A DNA stretch of 64,000 bases, taken from Candidatus Multivoradales bacterium (GTDB lineage Bacteria > Acidobacteriota > Thermoanaerobaculia > Multivoradales > J023). The notes under the pieces are model-generated. The model did no database searches. It saw nothing but the letters and a program-made list of their open reading frames with translations, and was not told the origin of the DNA. Shown here piece by piece: positions 27,483 through 37,206 of this stretch. A program made the translations under genes and the position numbers. How positions within the stretch are numbered: position 1 is the stretch's first letter; every line of letters starts with the position of its first letter. Where the stretch lies: NCBI GenBank assembly GCA_965248925.1, contig CBDFLE010000006.1:2816001-2880000 (forward strand), written 5' to 3'.

Positions 27483-30400
27483 ATGATTTTCATGCACGTA
27501 AACAACCCGAGGACCGTAATGTTCACCATCCCAGAAAGTCCCTACCGTCGAGGGTGGCGCCCGGCCGCGATCGCCGGAGTCCTCGCGCTGCTCTTACTGG
27601 CTGCAACATCCGTCTCGGCAGACGACCGTTCCTTGCTGCGTGATTCGGCTGGAGAGCCCTATGTCTTCATCATCTTCGACACCTCCGGATCGATGCATTG
27701 GACGCCCCGTTGCCCGCTAGCGGATTTCAGCCGCCCGCCCGGAGATCCCGAGAAATGCAACCAACTCTGCGCGCCGGGCGACTGCTTTGCTCCAATGCAA
27801 GGAGACGATCCGAACTCAAAGTTGTATATCGCCAAAGAAGCGCTCTACGAAATCATCGATCAAGTAGACGATATGCACTTTGGCTTTGCGACCTACAATC
27901 AGGATGAGCTGAGGGTGCGCCACAAGCATTGGCTGTACGAGGTTGCCGAACATCAGCCCACCGGACCTGACAATCGGGGTATTGAACTGGTGAACGGCGA
28001 GCGTTTTCCCTGCGACCCGATCTCGCAAGCAGCGGGTGATTGTGCAACCGTAGCGCAAGAAGTCTTTGGCTACGGTCCCGGTAGTGATGAAGATTGGGAT
28101 TGTGACAATGGCAGCGGTTTCAATGACCGGGGCTGCAAGGGGTCGAACCCCTCGGACACCAATGATCCGGTCGAGCTGATGCGGGTGCATCGGTATCCCA
28201 AGTTGGGGCGTTTCCGCACCACCACCACGCGACTCTATATTCGCTCCTCTGACGGTTTGCACTACCGCGCCACCTACACTCAGGGGGCGACCGCCGACCT
28301 GTTCGGCAACCCGACCTTCAGCGCCACGATCAGGGTGGATCGTTGCAATAACAGCAGCTGTTCCGACCGCACCTACAGAGATCAGAAGCAGATCCACTAC
28401 GAATTGGTCGACGAATTCCTGGCTTGGGACTTTCAGCCCAACACGTCCGAGAGCAAGCGCGGTTTCTTCAGCCAGGGAGAGGCTTCCGACAGCCCCGCCG
28501 ATGGCGGCAGCAGCTGCAACGGCTGGGATAGTAACGACGATACTAGTGCCGACAAGTACCCCAACAGTTCGGGTTACAACATCCGTTTCCCGACCCTCGG
28601 CAGCGATCCCCGCGGACCGGCCTTCAATACTGGCGATGTCATTCCGCTCGATTGGCGCGCCAAACAACGCAGCGCAATCAAAGAGCGCTTGGCTCCCAAC
28701 TTAGTGGGTAGTCCGTCCGCCGCCCCTGATTTCAGCAGCGCTGGTTATTTCGCCGACAGCCGGACTTCTAGCAACGACTTCCTGCTCCTGAAACAGCCGA
28801 ACGAGCGACCGATCCTAGCCTTTGGCGCGACCCCGCTAGGTGGATCGCTGGCAAACTTCGAGACTTGGTTCACGGACTTCGCCGCGGTTGCCGCGGTGCA
28901 GGATCCGCTGTTCAACTGCCGGGCCAAGTATGTGCTTTTCCTCACTGACGGTGACGCATCCGGTTGCGATCCGGTCGATGCTTGCACCGCGGCGACTAAC
29001 CTGCGCTCTCAGCTGGTTAAGACTTTTGTCGTCGCCTTCGGGGTGCAAGGCGGCGGTAACAAGCTGGGCTGTATGGCTACCAACGGCGGCACCGGTGAAC
29101 CGGTGTTCCCGCAGAACAAGCAACAGTTGGTGGAGTCCTTGGGACAGATCTTCAATGAGATCCGTGCCGAGACCAAAGCATTTTCAGCGGCCTCCGTACC
29201 CACCGTTCAGCGTGAAACCGCCGATAAGATCTATCTCTCGAGCTTCACGCCGCTTCCTGGCGAGAGCTTCTGGAGCGGGTCCCTACAGGCATTCCGCAAG
29301 CAAATTCCCCTGACCGATGACAATCGTCCAGATTCCTCGAAAGTGTGCTCCAGCAGTGTTCAATCCAGTTGTTTGCTGTGGGAGGCTGGGGCCAATCTCT
29401 ATGACCAAGCGCCGACCCAAAGTCAAGTAGATGCTGGCAATTACCGACTCAGTATCTCAGCCAATGAGCGGCGAGTGTTCTATCCCCGGCAAAGTCTCAC
29501 CGGCGAGGTGCCAGGTTCGTTGCGGCTGTTCGAGCCGCCGACACCGGCTAGCGGTCCGGTGATCACGGCTGAGGAAGCGGACTTCTGGAATGCTTTGGAC
29601 CTGGATCCCGATCCCCTCGATGCGCCGAGCAACCGAACCCGCGCGACCACAGTGGTGAAGAAAGTGCTGCGGCAGAAAACGGCTTCGATCATCAATCTCG
29701 ATGGCATGCAGACGGAAGTCAACTACGTGTTGGGCGACATCTTCCATGCTGACCCGCGGGTTCTCAGCGCACCGAGCACGGTGGAGTACTACATCAATGA
29801 CGTGTGCGGCAGCGGGGCGGTGGTTGGGATTCCGAACAATTGTCCAGCGGGCATTGACGACCGGGGCTACAAGGACTTTGCCGACCGCCACCAATTCCGC
29901 CGCCGGATGCTTGCGATCGGTGCCAACGATGGCCAGATGCACTTCTTCAACGCGGGTGTGCGGCGTAAAGTTGGCGGTACCAACTTTGTTGACGATGGCA
30001 CCGGGAAAGAGCTGTTCTCCGTCATGCCGCGGTTGTCGATGCCAGCTCTAACGCGGCAGGTGGAAGACGTTTTCGACCGCCATGTGTTTACGGTCGACGG
30101 TAGTGTTTCGACCGGCGATGTGATGATCGATCCGGTGCACAACGGTAGTCCTGTGGCCGCCGATCGGGAGTGGCGCACAGTGCTTGTGGGTGGCTTGCGG
30201 GAATCAGGTTTTGTCCTCGGTGCCGATCGCTTAGAAAAGGTCAATGGCTATTACGCTTTGGACATTACTCTGCCCGATCCGACGGTCACCGACAACGGTG
30301 TTATCGTTCCGGCATCTTCGAACGAAGTGCCAGCTTGCTTGCTCCTCGCCGGATCCGGCCAGGGTATCAACGCGTCCTGCGAAACCCTGTCTAGCGAGGG

Positions 30401-31859
30401 TTTGCCATTCCCTGCACAGATGTGGTCATGGTCGGATCGAGAGGTCAACCCGGGCGCTCTTGGTAACCCGGCAACCGGTCCAGACTTCTTCTATCTAGAT
30501 GAAGAGGATGTCAACGGTGATGGTAACCCCGACGGTAATGGCGAGCCCGATCTTGGTGACGGTTGGTCAGTGCCGGTCATCGGCCAGATTCGCATTTGCC
30601 GCGGACCCGATTGTGACCCCAGTGGTAACGGCGGAGATATAAGGACCGTCTTTGTGTCGATCTTCGGTGGTGGCCTCGACCCGGAGCACAAGACCGATCC
30701 CCGCCGCGGCCAGTTCATTTACATGGTCGATATCGAAACCGGGCGGACGATCTATAAGCGGCAGGTCGATGGCGCCGTACCGGCAACCCCAGCGGCGCTC
30801 GACATCGATCAGAACGGCGTCCTCGATCGTGTTTACTTCGGTACTACTGAAGGTTCGGTCTATAAAATCGATTTGCAGGCACTGAATAGCTCGGGGCAGG
30901 TTCCTGGCTTGGTGTCGTTCGGCATCGACAATTCGCGCTTGGACGGCTCGCCATTGGCAGTGGGCATTTCCATCCCGACAGAGAGAGTTCTAGACCCAGC
31001 CTGGGAGCCGCTTGAGATCTTCCAGACCGGTGAAGACACCTTTATCAACGCAATTGGCGACACCGTAAGCGTCGGTCGTCGGCCGATCTATCAAGCGATC
31101 ACAACCTTGTTCGTGCCTGACCTGTCACAGTACGCGCTCACCTTCGGTACTGGAGACCGGGAGAATCTGTGGGAGCAATCGCGCTTCACGGGCCGGCAGT
31201 ACTTGATCGTCGACCAGGGCTTTGAGCCTCTAAGCTCTGGTCTGCCCAGACAGGAGGACGATTACGAGAAGATCGCCTTCGACGCGTCCACTTCCGGTGG
31301 GGATTTCATCCTCAATCCCACCGCCGCCAGTCGTGGATGGGTATTGCAGCTGGAGAAGGAAGACCGTTTGATTACTCAGACCTTTGCTTTGGTCGGAGTG
31401 CTGGTCTTTACCGTCTTTGAGCCGCAGATCGATGTCAACAGCGCTGACGATGTAGATGGTGACGGTATTCCCGACACGCTCTGTGCTTTCTCAGGGGTGA
31501 GTAAGGCCTTCGTCATTGCCGCTGACAACGCGGATCCGGTGGCGAATCTCGAGGCGCTTACAACCTCCGCCATCGAAGGCGGGCGAGGTTTGAAGATCAA
31601 CGACTTCACGACCTCTCCCTTTGTCGATCAGACAGCCACCAAGAACCCTGAGGATCCTTCTCAGAGCACCCTCAACAGTGCGTTGCAGGAGCAGATCCAG
31701 CGCGAGATTCGCGAGTCACTGAAGCGTTTCTTCCCCAAAGGCTGTCGCTACAGTGACGCCTACAATTTGACCGTTAATGCAAGTCAGTCAAACACCGGCT
31801 TGGTGCGCTACGCGACCATACCGATTGCCATGTGTCCAGTAGATTGGGTTGATCGGTAG
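27483..31859 (+). CDS. pilY1: PilY1/PilC tip adhesin (vWA domain plus beta-propeller)
   Basis: Signal peptide, DTSGSM MIDAS, TPL, LTDG, LGDIFHADP, GANDGQMH, TGKELF, WRTVLVGGLR, YALDIT, FGTGD; start uncertain (27483 or 27519). Confidence 0.9.
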   Translation: MIFMHVNNPRTVMFTIPESPYRRGWRPAAIAGVLALLLLAATSVSADDRSLLRDSAGEPYVFIIFDTSGSMHWTPRCPLADFSRPPGDPEKCNQLCAPGDCFAPMQGDDPNSKLYIAKEALYEIIDQVDDMHFGFATYNQDELRVRHKHWLYEVAEHQPTGPDNRGIELVNGERFPCDPISQAAGDCATVAQEVFGYGPGSDEDWDCDNGSGFNDRGCKGSNPSDTNDPVELMRVHRYPKLGRFRTTTTRLYIRSSDGLHYRATYTQGATADLFGNPTFSATIRVDRCNNSSCSDRTYRDQKQIHYELVDEFLAWDFQPNTSESKRGFFSQGEASDSPADGGSSCNGWDSNDDTSADKYPNSSGYNIRFPTLGSDPRGPAFNTGDVIPLDWRAKQRSAIKERLAPNLVGSPSAAPDFSSAGYFADSRTSSNDFLLLKQPNERPILAFGATPLGGSLANFETWFTDFAAVAAVQDPLFNCRAKYVLFLTDGDASGCDPVDACTAATNLRSQLVKTFVVAFGVQGGGNKLGCMATNGGTGEPVFPQNKQQLVESLGQIFNEIRAETKAFSAASVPTVQRETADKIYLSSFTPLPGESFWSGSLQAFRKQIPLTDDNRPDSSKVCSSSVQSSCLLWEAGANLYDQAPTQSQVDAGNYRLSISANERRVFYPRQSLTGEVPGSLRLFEPPTPASGPVITAEEADFWNALDLDPDPLDAPSNRTRATTVVKKVLRQKTASIINLDGMQTEVNYVLGDIFHADPRVLSAPSTVEYYINDVCGSGAVVGIPNNCPAGIDDRGYKDFADRHQFRRRMLAIGANDGQMHFFNAGVRRKVGGTNFVDDGTGKELFSVMPRLSMPALTRQVEDVFDRHVFTVDGSVSTGDVMIDPVHNGSPVAADREWRTVLVGGLRESGFVLGADRLEKVNGYYALDITLPDPTVTDNGVIVPASSNEVPACLLLAGSGQGINASCETLSSEGLPFPAQMWSWSDREVNPGALGNPATGPDFFYLDEEDVNGDGNPDGNGEPDLGDGWSVPVIGQIRICRGPDCDPSGNGGDIRTVFVSIFGGGLDPEHKTDPRRGQFIYMVDIETGRTIYKRQVDGAVPATPAALDIDQNGVLDRVYFGTTEGSVYKIDLQALNSSGQVPGLVSFGIDNSRLDGSPLAVGISIPTERVLDPAWEPLEIFQTGEDTFINAIGDTVSVGRRPIYQAITTLFVPDLSQYALTFGTGDRENLWEQSRFTGRQYLIVDQGFEPLSSGLPRQEDDYEKIAFDASTSGGDFILNPTAASRGWVLQLEKEDRLITQTFALVGVLVFTVFEPQIDVNSADDVDGDGIPDTLCAFSGVSKAFVIAADNADPVANLEALTTSAIEGGRGLKINDFTTSPFVDQTATKNPEDPSQSTLNSALQEQIQREIRESLKRFFPKGCRYSDAYNLTVNASQSNTGLVRYATIPIAMCPVDWVDR

Positions 31860-31875
31860 ATCGAGGAGAAAGGCG

Positions 31876-32637
31876 ATGAACCGGGCAAGCAAGAAGCTGA
31901 TGGTCGTCCTTGCCGGAGTGCTGGCTTTGCCGGCGGGCGCGGACTGGTTGGTCACTCGAGATGGTGCCAGGGTCGAAACCAAAGGACCCTGGAGGGTGCA
32001 GGGCTCTTCAGTGGTTTTTACTTTGCCCAGTGGCACACTCTCGTCACTGCGGCTGGCCGACATCGATCTCGATGCCAGTTCGCTAGCAACCGCTGAGGCG
32101 CGACGGCCCCAACTGACGCCGCAAATGCCTCCCCCGGTCAAGCGGCGGGCCAAATGGGTGCTGAGCGATAAGGACATTCCCCAGGCGGCACCGCTGCCGG
32201 CGCCGCCGGCCGTGCCCGACAGTGCCTCGGCCGACACCGCCTCGCCGGTTGCCGAAGAGCAGGAGCAAGCCCCCCAGGCACAGCTTGAGGTGAGTTCCTG
32301 GGAAATGGTGGAGAACGTCGATATCGGCGGCTTGGAGATCGTCGGTGAGCTTCAAAACTCCGGCGAGGATCTAGCCTTTGGTGTCCGTGTTGTAGTGACT
32401 CTGCTCGACCAGAATGGGGTTCAGATTGGCACCAGCGACGGCTTTGTCGCTGAGAAGTCACTAGCTCCGCGCACCCGCTCGAGGTTCCGCGCCCTGTTTC
32501 CGGGGGTCTATCAGTTAGAGGCCGATCCGAGCTTCGAGCTAGCAGCGGAGAACATCCGCATCGGCTTACCGGGAGCAGAAGGCGCAGCGGCCGAGGGCGA
32601 GGAGCCGGCCGGCGAGCCGGAGCGCGGTGACGGCTGA
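31876..32637 (+). CDS. Secreted protein with C-terminal FxLYD-like domain
   Basis: Signal peptide, Pro/Ala linker, GELQNSG..V.V.VTLLDQNG..IG. Confidence 0.65.
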   Translation: MNRASKKLMVVLAGVLALPAGADWLVTRDGARVETKGPWRVQGSSVVFTLPSGTLSSLRLADIDLDASSLATAEARRPQLTPQMPPPVKRRAKWVLSDKDIPQAAPLPAPPAVPDSASADTASPVAEEQEQAPQAQLEVSSWEMVENVDIGGLEIVGELQNSGEDLAFGVRVVVTLLDQNGVQIGTSDGFVAEKSLAPRTRSRFRALFPGVYQLEADPSFELAAENIRIGLPGAEGAAAEGEEPAGEPERGDG

Positions 32638-32717
32638 GAACCCGCGGCGCGATCTCTACTTCTTCAACAGCACAGCTTGAGCGGCACGGTTGCACCAACA
32701 CAAGTCCCCCAAGAGCC

Positions 32718-34040
32718 CTAGTTACGGTATCTCGGAAACCCCTGCAGATCGTGCTGCTGCACCTTGCGTTGCAGAGTACGGTAGCTCCATCCAAGGGCCG
32801 CCGCCGCGGCTTTCTTGTTGCCGCCACTTTCTCGCAGGGCGTCGCGCAGGCGCTCTTCTTCTGGCACTTCTGACGCTGTTTCACGGGGTAGCAGGCGGGC
32901 GAAGTCGCTGCCGCTCAAGCGACCACTCTCGTCGAGGATGACGGCGCGCTCGATCAGGTTGGCTAGCTGCCGGACATTCCCCGGCCAGGGGGCCTCGCTC
33001 AGGTTTTCTAGGGCTTCTTTGCTCAGCTCTGGTGGGGTCTTGGCGTGGCGTTCGGCGATTTGTCGGCAGAGGTGGCGCGCTAGTAGGGGAATGTCGCTAC
33101 GACGTTCATCTAGGGTCGGCAATTCGATGGGGAAGACGTCCAGGCGGTAGAAGAGATCCTGGCGAAAACTGCCGCTGGCGACCATCTCTCCCAGGTCGCG
33201 GTTGGTCGCCGCCACCACCCGGGCGTCGGAGCGCAGCGAGCGACCGCCGCCAACTCGCTCGAAGGTGCGCTCTTCGAGTACCCGCAGAACTTTACCTTGC
33301 ATTGACAGGCCGATCTCGCCGATCTCGTCAAGGAAGATGGTGCCACTTGCCGCTAGCTCGAAGCGCCCCGCCTGACGGCGGTTGGCACCGGTGAAGGCTC
33401 CCTTCTCGTGGCCGAAGAGCTCATTCTCCATCAAAGTCTCGGGAATGGCGGCACAGTTGACTGCCACGAATGGCCCGGCGGCCCGGCGTGACAAGCCGTG
33501 TAGGGTGCGGGCAAAGAGCTCTTTGCCAGTGCCGCTCTGACCCGTCAGTAGCACCGTGCTATCGGTGGGGGCAACCTTGCGTAGCAAGCGCAGCGCCGCT
33601 CGTAGGGTGGGATGACGGCCGACTATCGGCGGTCCTCCGAGGCATTGGAAGACCGTGCTGCTGTCGTCGGTCCCTAGCAGGCCGCGAACCAGCTCGAGCA
33701 ATTCGTCGAGTTCTAGCGGCTTTTCCAGGAAGTCGGCCGCGCCCAGCTTCATTGCATCGACCGCGGTGGCAACGGTGCCGAAGGCGGTCAGCACGACTAC
33801 CGGCACTTCGGGCTGGCACTGGCGACTGGCGGCCAACACCTGCAAGCCATCAGCGCCGGGAAGTCGCAAATCGCTGAGCACCAGAGCAAAGCGCTCGCCC
33901 CTCATCAGGCGGCCAATCGCTTCGTCACCAGCGGCGGCGGTGGTGACTTGGTGGCCAGCGCTTTCCAGTGTGTGGCGCATTAGTTTACGCAGCGCGTCAC
34001 GGTCTTCGACCACTAGAATGGTCTCCTGCGTAGCGCTCAA
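32718..34040 (-). CDS. Sigma54-dependent response regulator (PilR/NtrC-like)
   Basis: REC (VVED, LSD, KP), GQSGTGKE, GAFTGA, FLDEIGE, WPGNVRQL, Fis HTH; TTG start with GGAGG. Confidence 0.93.
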   Translation of the reverse strand: MSATQETILVVEDRDALRKLMRHTLESAGHQVTTAAAGDEAIGRLMRGERFALVLSDLRLPGADGLQVLAASRQCQPEVPVVVLTAFGTVATAVDAMKLGAADFLEKPLELDELLELVRGLLGTDDSSTVFQCLGGPPIVGRHPTLRAALRLLRKVAPTDSTVLLTGQSGTGKELFARTLHGLSRRAAGPFVAVNCAAIPETLMENELFGHEKGAFTGANRRQAGRFELAASGTIFLDEIGEIGLSMQGKVLRVLEERTFERVGGGRSLRSDARVVAATNRDLGEMVASGSFRQDLFYRLDVFPIELPTLDERRSDIPLLARHLCRQIAERHAKTPPELSKEALENLSEAPWPGNVRQLANLIERAVILDESGRLSGSDFARLLPRETASEVPEEERLRDALRESGGNKKAAAAALGWSYRTLQRKVQQHDLQGFPRYRN

Positions 34041-34204
34041 CCAGACCTCCAGGCGAGAGTTTGCCGGGTTGCTTGGACCCGAGCCGGGCGGCTTCCGTAT
34101 AATTCCATGTGCATGTAAGGCCGGGCCTACGTGGTGCAAGCCAGCATTGCGCGCTATTGTAGCGTGCGACCCGCGATCGCCTCGATGATCTAGAGTAATC
34201 AGCC

Positions 34205-34801
34205 GTGAGCCCAAAAACCATATCGCCTTCGTCTTTGGCGCTCGAGCGCCAGGCGCAGCAGAGAGACCTCGACCGTCTGGCTGCCGATATTCAGCAGTAC
34301 CGAGTCGACTATCTGCGTTTCTTTGCCGGCGACCGCAAGTTACCGCCCTATGAACTGCGGGATCGACTGAATGCCGGACTGCGGCAGCTGCGAAGTCAGC
34401 GCGGGCTGGGTGCGGCGGGACAGTTTCGCCTCACGACTCTGGAATCTCAGTTCAACAGCTTTTGTGACCTCTTTGGTCGGCGCGAACGCGAGCGGGAAAA
34501 GTCTGCCGTAGCTAGGCCGCTGGTGAAGAGTCCACAGTACGACTCAGAGAGCGGTGTGATCATCGGCCATCGGCCAGCCGACGGCACCGTTGAAGCCCTC
34601 TACAAACGACTGTACCTCCGTCGGCAAACCCCCAATCCGAAGATGGATGTCGAGCGATTTCGTTCCTATCTGGCCCGCCAGGCGGATGCGATCCGCGGCA
34701 AGACCGGCTGCGCTGACATCAAATTTCGGGTGGTGGTGGAAGACGGCAAGACGAAGCTCAAGGCTAAGCCCATGCGGCGTACCGCTGCCAAGTTGGGCTA
34801 G
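34205..34801 (+). CDS. MXAN_5187 C-terminal-domain-like protein
   Basis: Y..FF.G..K.PP N-terminal part and IKFRVVVEDGKTKLKAKP C-terminus. Confidence 0.65.
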   Translation: MSPKTISPSSLALERQAQQRDLDRLAADIQQYRVDYLRFFAGDRKLPPYELRDRLNAGLRQLRSQRGLGAAGQFRLTTLESQFNSFCDLFGRREREREKSAVARPLVKSPQYDSESGVIIGHRPADGTVEALYKRLYLRRQTPNPKMDVERFRSYLARQADAIRGKTGCADIKFRVVVEDGKTKLKAKPMRRTAAKLG

Positions 34802-34823
34802 CTCAACCGACGAGGAGACGAAC

Positions 34824-35984
34824 GTGGTCAAACCCACGCGCTGGATCTGGCTGCCGATCGTGATCGCCGCCGTGGCGACTTTGGTCGGCGCAATGCCTAA
34901 CTTGGACATGGCGCTCGAAACGCAGAAGGAAATGGTGGCGAGCTACCCTGACGACGCCAGCGTCCACAACGACTTGGCCAACCTATTCGTCCTTGCCGGC
35001 CAAAATGAATCGGCAGAGATGGCTTACCAAAGGGCGCTCGAACTAGCCCCGGCCGATCCTGCCGCGCTGTTCAATCTGGCGTTGTTGAAGCAGCAGGATG
35101 GACGGCTCGACGATGCTGCGCAGCTCTACCAGCAGGTGCTAGAAATCGACCCGCGCAATGCCTGGAGCTACTACCAACTCGGAATTCTCTATGCCTCGCG
35201 CGGCCAAGACGACAAGGCGGTCGACCACTACGCCCACGCTTTCGGCCTCAACACCATGCTGTCGCTTGCCAGCCACAACCCGCACATCATCGACAATGAG
35301 TTCACTACCCAGGCACTGATCGCGGCCGCCAAATATGTGCCGATGGCGAGCGCCGAAACACCCCTGGTGTTTGGCGAAGGCAGCCGTCTGCGCGGTTTGC
35401 TGGTCCCCGAGGAAGGAGCCGACGAAGACTCTGCGGAGGGTTCCCCGGCGATGGCGACCGAGGAGGGTGAATCAGGGACTGGCACCAGCATGCAGCAGGG
35501 TGCTGCGGAGAGCAGCGGCTCTGGGTCCTCGTCGGCTTGGGTCGACGAAGATATTGTCAAGGACGAGACCACCGGCAATCGGGTGTTGACCAGTGATTCC
35601 CTCGACCGCGGAAGCCAGCTCGGCAAGGTGAGCGGTGGCTCGGCGGCCGCTCGTGGCGGCTCGAACCGCTTTCGTCCCGGCAACTCTGCCCGCCGACCGG
35701 TTCGGCAGCCCCAAACCCGGCAGCCGACCGCCCGTCCTCGAACTCCACCGGCGGGGCATCCGGCGGCGCGGCCAGCAGTCAAGAACGAGAAGGAAGAGCA
35801 GGTCAGGCGGCAGCGCATCCCCGTCGCGACGGTCCAGCGGCCGCTTCGTAGCAACCCTACGGTGCGCTTCCGACCCGGTGTGCGCAGCACCAGCCGGCTG
35901 GAACTGGAGCTGTTAGCACCTTCGAGTCAGGCCCCGGAACGTTGGGCGAAGCTCGACCAGAGCGGGGGGTTGAAGAGACGCTGA
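34824..35984 (+). CDS. Exported TPR protein with disordered C-terminus
   Basis: GAGGAG RBS, GTG start, signal/anchor, about 3 TPR units, then acidic and Arg/Pro-rich tail. Confidence 0.8.
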   Translation: MVKPTRWIWLPIVIAAVATLVGAMPNLDMALETQKEMVASYPDDASVHNDLANLFVLAGQNESAEMAYQRALELAPADPAALFNLALLKQQDGRLDDAAQLYQQVLEIDPRNAWSYYQLGILYASRGQDDKAVDHYAHAFGLNTMLSLASHNPHIIDNEFTTQALIAAAKYVPMASAETPLVFGEGSRLRGLLVPEEGADEDSAEGSPAMATEEGESGTGTSMQQGAAESSGSGSSSAWVDEDIVKDETTGNRVLTSDSLDRGSQLGKVSGGSAAARGGSNRFRPGNSARRPVRQPQTRQPTARPRTPPAGHPAARPAVKNEKEEQVRRQRIPVATVQRPLRSNPTVRFRPGVRSTSRLELELLAPSSQAPERWAKLDQSGGLKRR

Positions 35985-35996
35985 GATCCTTGCTCT

Positions 35997-37067
35997 TTAG
36001 ATGTTGAAGCGGAAGTGCGCGACCTCGCCGTCGTGCATGGTGTATTCCTTACCTTCTAGCCGCAGGATCCCCTGTTCGCGACATTTGGCCATGCTGCCAA
36101 GGCGCAATAGATCCTGCCAGGGGATGACTTCGGCGCGGATAAAACCACGGGCGATGTCAGAGTGGATGGCATCGGCCGCTTGGCGGGCCGAGGAGCCGCG
36201 GCGCAGAGTCCAGGCTCGCACCTCGTCCTCACCGACGGTAAAGAACGAGATCAACCCCAGCAACTCGTAGCTGGCGCGCAGCACGCGGTCCAAGCTGGCT
36301 TCTTCGAGTCCAAGTTCGGCGAGGAACTCGTGCTGCTCCTCTTCTCCCAGTTGGGAGATCTCGGCCTCGATAGGCGCACTCACCACCACCCCGCGGCAGT
36401 TTGGGCCGATCTTGATGCCGGCGTCTTCCAAGCTGGTGGAGGCAACCCTTTCTTCACCGACGTTGAGTACCACCAGCAAGGGCTTGGCCGACAATAACTG
36501 AAAGCCTCGCAGGCGCTTTTCGTCGTCGTCACCGACTTCTACCTCGCGCAGCGGGCGCTCGTTCTCGAGGGCCGGTAGTAGCACCTCACTCAGTAGCTCT
36601 TGCTCCCGCTTTTCGTCGGTCGACAAACCGCGCTTGGTTGCTTTGGCCAGCCGCTCCAGGCGCCGCTCGACCAGTTCCATATCGGCTAGCACCAATTCTA
36701 GGTCGATGGTTTCGACATCGCGTTGTGGATCGACCGAGCCGTCGCTGTGCAGGAGCTCAGGATCTTCAAAATCGCGCACGACGTGCACCAGGGCGTCGAC
36801 GTTGCGCAACTCGCCGAGATCGAGGCTCTCTGGCCCGCCGCCTTTCTGAATACCGGGAATGTCGACGTATTGCACCGTCGCCGGAACATAGCGCTTGGGC
36901 TTGTACATGTCGCGCATCTTGGCCAGGCGCGGATCGGGTACCTTGGCGATGGCGACGTGGGTTTTCTTGGAAGTTGAAAACTTGCCAGTTTCCTTCTCCG
37001 AGGCGGTTAGCAGGTTGAATAGCGTGGTCTTGCCGGCTTTGGGCAGGCCGAGGATGCCGAGTTGCAT
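35997..37067 (-). CDS. ychF: Redox-regulated ATPase YchF
   Basis: GLPKAGKTT, VPDPRL, DIPG, FFTVGEDEVRAW, IHSD..RGFIRAE, FRFN. Confidence 0.95.
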   Translation of the reverse strand: MQLGILGLPKAGKTTLFNLLTASEKETGKFSTSKKTHVAIAKVPDPRLAKMRDMYKPKRYVPATVQYVDIPGIQKGGGPESLDLGELRNVDALVHVVRDFEDPELLHSDGSVDPQRDVETIDLELVLADMELVERRLERLAKATKRGLSTDEKREQELLSEVLLPALENERPLREVEVGDDDEKRLRGFQLLSAKPLLVVLNVGEERVASTSLEDAGIKIGPNCRGVVVSAPIEAEISQLGEEEQHEFLAELGLEEASLDRVLRASYELLGLISFFTVGEDEVRAWTLRRGSSARQAADAIHSDIARGFIRAEVIPWQDLLRLGSMAKCREQGILRLEGKEYTMHDGEVAHFRFNI

Positions 37068-37206
37068 GATTCTAGGGTCTCCGTGGTTCTCGCCGAGGCA
37101 TCGAGCCCGACGCGGCTGCATTCTGCCATGTTGGCAGGGGGGGACAACAGAGCCCGGCCGAACTAAGGCGGCCGCGTTAACACAGCCAATCTAGCGCGAC
37201 CGAATC

